Position numbers and translations under genes: made by a program. From Cenococcum geophilum (Eukaryota), in contig CP158635.1 of assembly GCA_050273025.1 (NCBI GenBank), positions 32,922,001-32,986,000 on the forward strand: DNA of 64,000 bases, in the 5' to 3' direction. Below, in pieces: positions 26,991 through 38,008 of the stretch; position 1 is the stretch's first letter; each line of letters starts with the position of its first letter. The notes under the pieces are model-generated. The model did not search any database. It was not told where the DNA came from and saw nothing but the letters and a program-made list of their open reading frames with translations.

Positions 26991-28251
26991 CCTATTAATA
27001 TCCTATTTATACGCTAGGCGTTAATTAGAGGACGAATAAAAGTTATATTATATATTTAGTTATAACAGGGGAGATAATCTATTAAGCACCGCTGTGCTAT
27101 TACTAAGTCACATCTAGGAGCTTCTTAAGGCCTGTAGTATATCCAAATTCTATGTCTTAATATCTCCTATCCTTCTTATAATATTTTCTTAGTAAGCATC
27201 TTTTATTAAGTCTTACCCCAATTAAGGTTAAGCAGTATCTCTTTTAAATATTAAACTTTCTCCAGATTATTATAAGCGTTATAGTAATTAATAAGGTTTT
27301 AGAAAGCCTTATCTTCTTTATCGTCTATTATTAACCTATAGTCCTTAAAATAAGAGTAAATAATATTGCGTTGTTTTTCAAATTCCTTCTTCTAGTTATT
27401 ACTAATTTCACTCTATTTTAGCGTTAGAAGCTAAATTAGCTGCAATATATAAAGCTATAAAAACTTATATATAAAGACTGGCAATTGTTCTATATATTAC
27501 ACATAAAACACATTACTAGGGATACGATTTCGTAGATATTAGAAATGCTAGGAGAGTGTTCTTAGAGCTAAGTATATAACTGTCTTCAATTAACCGTATA
27601 CTATATCCTTGACCTTAACTTAGATAAATTAAAAGACTAAAAATGTTAAAGAGCAAAGAAATTTATATAAAAGTATACGTAGGTCTAAAATCAGGGGCGT
27701 TAAATAACCTAGAAAACGAGAACGAAACGCTAATTACCTATAAAAAAATTTATTAGCGGGCCATTATAGGTATAGAGGCGTTTAGATAGCTAAGCTGGTA
27801 AGTACTAGAGTGCTAGATTATATTAATATCCTCTTAACCCTAAGCTAAGTAATAGGCTTAAAATACAGGGCTATATACTAGGGCTTAGTTTCGGTCTTAG
27901 TTATATATAAGAGCTAGATATATATCTTATATTAATAAATAAAAGGGAGTTAAGTCGTAAGGCATATGCTATTTTGTCTATAACGCGTCTTACAGCCTAT
28001 ATATTAATCGCCGGTTTATATTATTCGTATAGTATATAAGATAGGTACTATAGGGTATATAGCAGCGAAATAAGGCATATTGTCTACGTACGCACCTTAG
28101 CTATAACTGTATATATTAATATTAGGGATTAATATAAACGTTTTCTATCTGGCTCCTTATCCTCCTATTAACCCTTTAAAAGCCTAATCTCTTTAACAAC
28201 ATCCGGTATAAATAAGTCTCCTTAAGTAAGAAGACTTAGAAGTAGGGGCGC

Positions 28252-28676
28252 TGTTACGGACGCTTTAAGTACAATGTTATAACTACTTGGAGAAGAGACG
28301 GAGGAAGCTAGTTAGTTAATTTAGGCACAGTCTAGGATAGAGCCGATAGAACTATATGACGAGGAATAGTAACTAAGGTTATATAATATGCTATATATTA
28401 AACAAGAGGAATGAGAGGAACTTACGTACCTTGCGTATAAGACGTATATTACGTATAAGAAGGATTTTATAGGAGTACGGTTGTGTATTTAAGGACCCTT
28501 AGTCCCTACCTAGATAGTTCCTTCCTTATAGTAATTCTTAGAATATAATTAGAGTTAATCTGTTAGGCAACTACTTCACCAGTTATTATTACGTTGTTAA
28601 CTTTTATACTTACATTTCCTATATACCTAGCCTATTAACAAACCCATTGTAGTTCTTACTATAAGGTTCCGTTATA
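28252..28676 (+). repeat. 5' LTR of Gypsy element 2 (425 bp)
   Basis: tgttacggacgcttt...ggttccgttata; direct repeat of 35793-36217. Confidence 0.95.
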
Positions 28677-31600
28677 CAATTACTACCTAGTTATAGTATT
28701 AATATAAGAAGTTAAATAATATGCCACTAAAAGCAGCTACTATAATGCTATTAACGGCAGCAACTACTTTAGGGACAGGAGGTGATACTAGTATAGTAGA
28801 TACTAACTTATAGCAACCTATAACGGTTAGATAGCTATAGGAAATAGTTAACTAGCTAATAGCTAACAATATAGTGTTAGAAGAAAGACTTAATGGGATA
28901 GGAGCAGTAAAGATTAAGCTATTATTAATTAAGAGATTTATAGGAGAGAGGTTAAAGCTTAAAGGATTCCTTATGTAGATGTACTTTAAGGTCTTATAAA
29001 AGGGAGTAAAGTTACCTATACCTATAGATCGGATAGCCTATACAGGACTATTCTTATTAGGAAAAGCACTTAAGTAGTTTAAATTTTATTTTATGGAGAT
29101 ATAGGCAAATGGAATGATAACTACTAACTAAGACATATAATTTATGTTCTTAAGCTAGGAAGGATTTATAGAATAACTTACGTAAATATTTAAAGACCTA
29201 GAAGAAACAACTATAGTAGAAAGAAAACTCTAGAACCTTATATAATAAACTTTAGCAATTAAGTATATAATATAGTTCTAGACACTAGCAATATAAGTAG
29301 AGTAAGGGCGCTTATAGCATAGTATAAATAGGGACTTAAGGCTAAAGTCTAGGACGTAATTATTCTAATAGAAGATGCGGATACCCTAAGGGAATTAATA
29401 GATTAAGCAATTAAGATTAATAATAGGATCTTCTAAAGGGAACAGGCTAAGAGAGGCTAGGATAGAGTTCTATAGTTATATAAGGCGTAAAGTATATAAT
29501 AATAAAAGCTAAATTAGAAAATATAATATGGCGCAGAGCTAATAGACCTAAGTAATACTAAAGAAGCCTATAAGAGATGGAGCAAACTATAAAAACCTAA
29601 AGGATAAGGATTAAGTGATTAAAGGTTTAAGGAGTAAAGGCTAAATTAGGGATCTTAATAGTAGAAGATATTTAGGCGGACTCTATAGCAAGAGAAATGG
29701 TTTAAAGAAGGAGCTTATATAAATTATAAAAAATAGGGTTATTACGTTAGAGACTGTAAAAGTGGGTAGAGTTACTATATAGTAAAGGGTATAAGACTAG
29801 TAGACGATATATATATATAGAGGGATAATAATATACTACGAGGAATAAAAGAATATTTAATTAGAAGTTTTACGTTTTGTTATAATAATATATGCCAAAT
29901 TTATAAGGACGCTAAGTATAGTATAAGCTATTAGCTATAAGAGCTAGCACCTATAGGATATAGAGGAACTAATAAACCAGTTCGCAGATCGGATATTAAG
30001 GATAATAAATTTAATATAGGTAAAATATTCTATAACAATAAGGTAATAAGGGCCGCTTACTAGGAGTAAGTAAACCTCAGAGATATTATACTAGAGGTAG
30101 AGGATAATTCTACTATAAAACAGGGGATATTAGTAGGGATTAAAACCCTACTAGATATAATGTCTATTACTTTATAAGACGTAAGAAAAGTAGGATAGTA
30201 AACCACTTTAGCACTTAATAAAGGTAAAAGGCTAAAGACTTAAGATTTTTAAGAAGAGATAAGAGATGACTAAGATTCTTAAGATAAGATAAGGCATACC
30301 TAAGGACCTATAACGGACGAAAACCGATAGAGTAGGGCAGCGGCTTAGTTTAGAAATATACAAATAAGCTTAGAACAGAAGTTCCTATAGGCATAAGATT
30401 CTTAAGATAAGATAAGTAAAATTTAAGACTCTTAAGATAAGATAAGAATACTAAGTAAGCCTAGTTAAACTAAGGCTGGAGCTAAGCTTAAGTTAGAAGC
30501 GAGCTTGGGATTAAAGAACCTAAAGGGTTAAGAATTTGGAGTACGAATTAGGACACCTATAGATAAGAGGTAAGAAGCTTCTTTATAGATTAAAGAATTT
30601 GCAATATAAATAGTAGTTAGACTAGGAGACAGACATATAGACCTAGAAGACTTACTAGGGGAACGTAGTATTCGGCCTAAAGATTAAAAGTTTAATACTA
30701 GGATTAAGAAGTAAGATAACTTTAAGGATTAGAGCGTAAGGCGCAAACCAAAAGAAACTATAGAAGAGTTTAGGAAAAGAATTATTGTATAGTAAGAACA
30801 GAAACTAGATAAGAGATCTAGTATATTAGGACGTATAAAGGACAAAACACTAGTATAAAAAATCACTAATAGGCTGAGAGTAGGCACACTAAGAGCTAAG
30901 TAGCTTACTAAATTAGAAGATAAAGAGGATCTAGGAATTCTAACTAGGTTTAAGGAATAATATATAAAGGGCTATTATAATGCAGTAATAAGAAGATACT
31001 TCCTTACGGATAAACTATATATACTCTAGTAGCTATACTAAAAGTAGTATAGGCAAAGGCATAATAATAAGTGGGAAGATTTCTATATATGGTTAGATAA
31101 AAAAGTTATCCAAAACCACCTAATTATAGAGAAGGCCATAACGCATATTAAAGGAGCCTTAATTATAACGTTAAAGGATCTAAAGAAACAATTAGAGGAC
31201 TAAAGAAGTAAGAGATATATCTTAGTACCTACGAATAAAGCTATAATATTTAGATTAGCATAATAAAGGTTTAAACTTAGGGATAAAGACGAGCTAAGAG
31301 TTAACCTAAAGCACCTAGTACACTACATGTTATTATAGATTGCGTATATGGACGATATATACGAAATATATAAAAATTCAAAGAAAAAGAATCGGAAATA
31401 CCCTATAAGGATATACTAGATAATAGATAAGCAATAGTATAGGAATGCTAAATATATATATAGATGGCATCCAGCAGAGGTCTAAAAGGAAGGAAGTTTA
31501 ATACTTTAACCAGAAAGATTCCTTATAGAAAAATGCTTAGACGGACGACAGTAATAGGAATGCTTAGAAAACACGTATCTATAGTATATTAAAGATAAAA

Positions 31601-34600
31601 AGTAAACTAGGTATTAGTTAAAGAGCGAGCTAAGTATACTAAAATTAAGTAGCTAATAGTTAGGAAAAGTAGAGGCCTATAGGACCAAAGGGAGCTAGTA
31701 GTAGAGCCTTAGACCCTTAAAGGAATTTAAGGACAATACCTAAATTTATAAATTAAGTGGCAAGATTAGTAATTTAAAGCGCTAATAGATAGTGGAGTAA
31801 CGCGAAACTATATTTTACTAGTAGTAGTTAAGAAAATAGAACTACCTTATAGATAAAAGGAGCAACTTTACCTATTAGTTACAATTTTAGGAGATCTAAT
31901 AACCTATAAAGGAGGGATTATTAATCTTAAAATAGGACCTATTTAGATAACTATTAAAGGAGGATAAATTAAGATATCTTTTAATATCCTACTATTAGGA
32001 CGGGATAAGGCAGTATTAGGTATGCCTTAGTTATAGGAATACAATCTAAGGATTAATTAGATTATAGGTTAGATTAATATTAAAGATACTTAACGCCGTA
32101 AGATATAATAATAAGCTAAGTTAGTATAGTACTAAGTAGGGGCAACCTATAAAGAAATAGAAAAAGAACTAAGTTATATACTAAAAAGATATTATAAGTA
32201 CGGCAAAAAACTATAGTTACTAGAAAGTAAAAAGCTATTAGAATATATAGCATAGGATTATAAGATAGAGTTAAAACTAGGAATAAGTTTAAGGTTCTTT
32301 CTAATCTATAAGCTTACTAAAGAAAAAGGTAGAGCGTTAAAAGAGTTTATCTAAGAAAATCTATAAAAAGAATACATTAGACTATTATAGTCATTAGTAG
32401 GTTATCTAGTACTATTTATATTAAAGAAGAATAGCAAACTAAGGCTGTATATTAACTATAGATAGTTAAACAGCATTATTAGAAAGGATAGGTATCCTTT
32501 ACCCTTAATTAGCAAAATCTAAGATAGGATAGGTAGTATGTAAATCTTTATAAAGATAAATCTAAGATAGGCGTACTATTAAATTAGGATTAAGGAAGGC
32601 GACAAATAAAAGGCAGCCTTTAGGTTAAAGGAAGGACTATATAAACTATTAGTTATGTAATTCGGGCTTATAAACGCACTAGCAACATTCTAAAAGTATA
32701 TTAACAATATATTAGGAGAATACTTAGATGAATTTATTATAGTATATTTTAACGATATTATTATCTACTTAATAACTAAGGAAGAATACGGGGAATATAT
32801 TAAATAGGTCTTAAAGAGACTATAAGAAGAACAGATGCTAGTAGCAATTAAAAAATACGAGTTCTTTATTAGAAAGACCAATTTTGTTAGATTTATTATT
32901 AAACTAAGCTAACTTAGTATAGATCTAAAGAAGATTAAGCCTATAGTGAATTAGTAGGAACTAGAGAACGTTATATAGTTAAAATTGTTTTTAGGGTTTT
33001 ATAATTACTGCAAAAGGTTTATAGCGCAGTAGTTAAAGGATATTAAACTATTTACGCGGTTAATAAAGAAAGAAAAACTATAGGCATAGGGGGAAGAATA
33101 AAGGGAACTCTTTAAGAAAGTTAAAGAGTTATTTACCTAGGAGCTAGTTTTTAAGATCTATTAACTAGGATTAGAGACGGTTATAAAGATAGATATATTA
33201 AACTATATACTAGGGGCGTACTTTATATAAAGGTATTAAAATAGATAGCACCTAGTAGTATACTATAGTCGGAAGATAATACTACTAGAGTTAAACTATA
33301 ATATCTATAATAAGGAGTTATTAGGTATAATTATAGTATTAAAGAAATAGAGAGCATTCTTATAAGGTATAGAGAAACTATTTATAGTTAAGACGGATTA
33401 TAAGAACCTAATAGGATTCCTAATAATAAAGGAACTTAACTAAAAATAGGTTAGATAGGTAGAGATACTTATGGAATACTATTTTAAGATTTAGTATACT
33501 AAAGGTATAGATAATATGCGGGTAAACGCTTTAAGCTGTAAAGCTAAACTATAAAATAAGGAAAAGCCATTAGGGGCTTTATTGCGAAAAGATATAGATA
33601 GATTAATTAGGTATAATTATCCGAAAATTATAGCAACTTAAGAAGATAATAAACTAAAGAAAGTCTATAAGATACTGGAAAGCTTTTAGGTATAAAGAAT
33701 TTTAAAAGTATAGCTAGAAGATCTATAAACAGATATATACGAAAATTAAGAAGTAAAGTATATCCTAAGAAGTATAGCAGAATAGTTTATAGAGGACTTT
33801 TATAAGGGACTAACCTAAGAATATAATGGAGCTACGAGCTTAGTATTAAGACTTTAGGAGGAGTATATTATTAACGGAATCTAGAGGATAGCTAGAAAAG
33901 TTATAAAGAAGTGTTTAGATTGCTAAAGAAATAAACTAATAAGGTATAAGCTATATAGAGAGCTATAACCTATTAAAATACTAGAGAAACTATAGGAGGT
34001 TATATTATAGGACTTTATTATTAAGTTGCTAAAATTAAAAGATCCTATTACTGGATAAGATTACGACATAATCTTAGTAATAGTAAATAAGCTTATAAAG
34101 TAGGGATACTTTATAGCATATTTAGAAGAAATCTTAGCGGAAGATATTGCTAGAATCTATATAAAAGAAGTATTTATAAGATATAGAGTATTAAGCAAGA
34201 TTATATTAAATAGAGATTTAAGATTTATAGTAGCATTTTAGGAAGTATTTTTAGCAGAGTAAGAAGTTTAAGTAGTAACTTCTACTATATATTATCTACA
34301 GATAGACGGTTAAATAAAAAGATTAAATTAAACGCTAGAGTAATATCTAAGGCATTATATTAATCATGCATAGAATAATTAGGTATTACTATTACTAATT
34401 ACACAGTTTATATATAATGCAACACCTTAAGAAAAAATAGGTATATTATTATTTAAGGCAAATTATGGATATAAGCTAAGAATATCGTTATTATTATAAT
34501 AAGTAAAGAAAATAAGTAGTATAGCTAAAGAAAGAATAAAGGATTTAATAAATCTTTATATAGACCTTATAGAATTAGTAAAGAAAGTATAAAAAAGAAT

Positions 34601-35049
34601 AAAAAAGTACTATAATGCTAAGAGATCTAAGGGACTAGATCTTAAGGAGGGAGATAAAGTATAGCTACTATATAAAAATTTTAAGAGTTAACGACTAAGT
34701 AAGAAGTTAGACTACGTTAGACTAAGACCTTTTAAAATTATATAGAGGATTTCACCGGTTATATTTAAGTTAAACCTACTAGCTAGAATAAAGATCTACC
34801 CTATATAGTATATTGTAATACTAAAGCTAGTATATAGGAATATTAAGCCACCGGTTTATAAAGCAGACACGTATAGAGGATAAGAAGAAGATAAATAGTA
34901 AGTATTAAAGATCGTTAATTATAAGGATATTGACGACGAAATATAATATAAGGTTAAGTAGATAGGCTATACTAAGACTACCTAGGAGCTATTAGAGAAT
35001 TTAAAGAACGCTATAGGAAAGGTATAGGAGTATTAAAAGAGATTAGGTT

Positions 35050-35684
35050 AGGTAGTATTAATAAAAAAGGATTGCTAAAGAATAAGTTACCTAAGGGGGA
35101 CCTAAGAAGAGTAGTTGCCGAACTACTTAGATCTATTTCCTTCTCTATTAGAAGAGAATCCGTTTTTTTTATTACCTAGTTCCTATAGACCTTATTTTAT
35201 AAGTTTCCACTCCTTAAAATAGACCTTCTTACGCACCTTCTTAAGACGGATTAGTTAAGCGGACGCCGCTAAACGAGACTTGAGAGCCCGTTGCTAAGTA
35301 TTGGCAGCCTCCTATTTAGCGTCCTAAGATCGGCGCAATTTAGCAAGAGTAATAGACAGTTTATTATCTAGCTGTATAGCAGTAGATTAAATATAAAACC
35401 CTAAAACAAATTAATTAGGGAACTAGATAACTATTAAGAGTAATAGGTTACGTATATTTAGTATTAGAAGTAGAGTAAACGTTATAGGACGAATAAATAT
35501 TCACTTTAGTACACTTTAAGTAAGAAAACGGTTATTATAAAGATAGGTTCGCTAACGTAATATAAACTACCCCCTTTTTTAAATAACGAGAATATAGAGA
35601 CGGTATAATCTCACTAAGAGACAATATTATAGCAATAGTGCGAGCACAACGTTAGGCATATAAAGAAGAAATTACTTTAGGTAT
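35050..35684 (-). pseudogene. Antisense extra ORF of Gypsy element 2: Cys-rich (Zn2Cys6-like) N-terminus plus coiled coil
   Basis: Minus frame IPKVISSLYA*RCARTIAIILSLSEIIPSLYSRYLKKG / VVYITLANLSL**PFSYLKCTKVNIYSSYNV, where Tyr is RIPed Cys. Probable intron ~35399-35451, then LAKLRRS*DAK*EAANT*QRALKSRLAASA*LIRLKKVR. Confidence 0.5.
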
Positions 35685-35792
35685 AATAAGCAATAATATT
35701 AACTAAATTAATTAGATAGATATTACACCTCTAGTAAACAACTTAAAGATATTTTAAATCTTTAAGGATAAAGATAAAAAGGAAGGAGATAG

Positions 35793-36217
35793 TGTTATGG
35801 ACGCTTTAAGTATAATATTATAACTACTTAGAGAAGAAATAGAGGAAGCTAGTTAGTTAATTTAGGCACGGTTTAGGATAGAGCCGATAGAACTATATAA
35901 CGAGGAATAGTAACTAAAGTTATATAATATACTACGTATTAAACGAGAGGAATAAGAGGAACTTATATACCTTGTATATAAGACGTATATTACGTATAAG
36001 AAGGATTTTATAGAAGTACGGTTATATATTTAAGGACCCTTAATCCCTACCTAGATAGTTCCTTCCTTATAGTAATTCTTAGAATATAATTAGAGTTAAT
36101 CTATTAGGCAACTACTCTACTAGTTATTATTACGTTATTGACTTTTATACTTGCATTTCCTATACACCTAGCCCATTAACAAACTTATCGTAGTTCTTAC
36201 TATAAGGTTTCGTTATA
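35793..36217 (+). repeat. 3' LTR of Gypsy element 2 (425 bp)
   Basis: tgttatggacgcttt...ggtttcgttata followed by GGCGC. Confidence 0.95.
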
Positions 36218-36864
36218 GGCGCTGCTAAAGTCGATATATAAACTACTTAGAAAACTAAAATAACCTTTCTAAGTAACACCCCTTCACTTTTACGTCTTAT
36301 AGGGCCTATAATATATAGGTTACCGGTCTATATCTCTTATAGGATTATATTACTTAGTTAATACCTAAGGTTAATTAATTAATTCGCTTACTTCCTTTTT
36401 AGACGCTGCATTTAATAAAGCTAAAACTTAAGTTAGTATAAGTGTTCTAACTATAATATAATAAAACTAACAATAGGCTTTCCTAATGGCTTATACTATA
36501 CGCTAATTAAGGACTTTAGTAGCTACTTAGGGTATACTCTTAGCCGCTAGCATCTCGTTTAAACGCTCTAGAAGCTCCTCCTATTTATTTATAAAAACCT
36601 TAAACTAAGTAGAGCGTATTAGATGTAATAAGTAAAGTCATTTAGCTTCTTTCTATATAAGTGTCTACCGATCTTTATTACTAAGAGTTAAGGCTATACT
36701 TATATCCCTACTTACCAGAAACCACTTCCATTAAGTTTTAAAATATTCGGTAATAGCCTATATATTACTAGCTTTAGACCTAGTAATAAAACTTATTATA
36801 TATAGTGGCGTTAAAATAAGAAGTTAGTGTTACTGCGCGAAGTGCCGTTTACTAAGGTAGGGCT

Positions 36865-36955
36865 ATTAACCGCGTTAACTCTGTTAATCCTATTAACCCT
36901 ATTAACTATATTAACTATATTAACTATATTAACTATATTAACCTAATTAACCGCT
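36865..36955. repeat. 9-bp tandem repeat (attaactat)
   Basis: attaactatattaactatattaactat and variants. Confidence 0.7.
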
Positions 36956-38008
36956 AGTAATATAAAACCAGCTAATACCACTAGTCTTTGCTTTTACCTT
37001 CTCCTAATATAGCTAATAAAGTTATAAATATAATAATTGGTCGGTCTATATAATAATACTATATTAGTGCCTCTCTGGGTACGCTAACCTCGCGTTTACC
37101 TCTATTTACTAGTTCTCTTTATATTCTAATAGGCTTATATTCTAATAGGCTTATCCTATAAATAGCTCTATATCGCTCTCTTTATTATAAGCCTATAACA
37201 ATTACCCTATTTTATTGTAAGATACTAACCTCCTTAGTATCGCGTCCCTAAAGAGTTAAATTAATCACTTAAACTGGATAGATGGGAGATTTCTAGAATA
37301 AGTTAATATAAGCCTTAATTAAGGTTCTATACCCTAAAAGCCTTTCCTACTAGGAACTAATTAGATTCTTCCCTATATTCCTTAGAGAATTGACTTAATC
37401 CTAAATCTAAGTAGGTGCTTTAATATTACTTTACTAATAGTTAACCATATTAAGCCCGGGTTCCGTTTACTATTATAAAATTTAGGGCTTACTAGCAGAG
37501 TTATAAGGCCTGCGGGCTAACTAGGCTAAAATATAGTTACTTTCTTTTCTTTACCGTAATATACGCTCCTCTACCTATAGCCGCTGCGTACATTTATATA
37601 GTGTTTATTTATTACCTTATAATTTTCCGTACTTTTACTCTATTAAAAAAGAAAATGGAGATCTGACCGCCGGTTTTGGAGGGTTCTGTCGCCGTTTTTG
37701 GAGGTTGCGTCGCCAAAACTCCCCGCCGCCCTAAGCCTCCTGCTTGCCGGTCTAACGTTAAGCCTCTCGCTTACCGCCCTATGCCCTTACTTTTTAATAG
37801 GTAGACTATGATCTTCTACGCGCCTGGCGCTGAAGCTATATAACTCTATGGCTCCTACCTCTGATCCGTTTAATCTAGGCCCCGTTTCTCTTATTCTTTA
37901 CCCCCCCATCTCCTTAACCCTACATTGCTCTTTAGATCCTTCCCGCCGTTATTACCCTCTAGGTCCCTCTTGCCGCCACTACCCTAAGTTCTCTTCTAGC
38001 TCCCTAGA

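Larger units (their letters stand above)
28252..36217 (+). mobile_element. Ty3/Gypsy chromovirus LTR retrotransposon, full length (7966 bp), RIPed
   Basis: 425-bp LTR pair and GGCGC TSD (28247-28251, 36218-36222). PPT aaaggaaggagatag before 35793. Gag from ~28721, protease ALIDSG at 31779, RT VYFNDI (YLDD relic) at 32742, RNase H NYNIYNKELL ~33295, integrase ~34290, chromodomain YKVK*IGYTKTT*ELLENL ~34950. Confidence 0.95.
27660..36870 (-). pseudogene. RIPed gene of unknown function split by Gypsy element 2
   Basis: The minus frame reads through the GGCGC target when 28252-36222 is removed (GVLLRKVILVF*VVIYRL*QRPYF*VFLLKETYLYRMLLKRLGF). Its 3' part matches positions 1-130. Confidence 0.5.
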
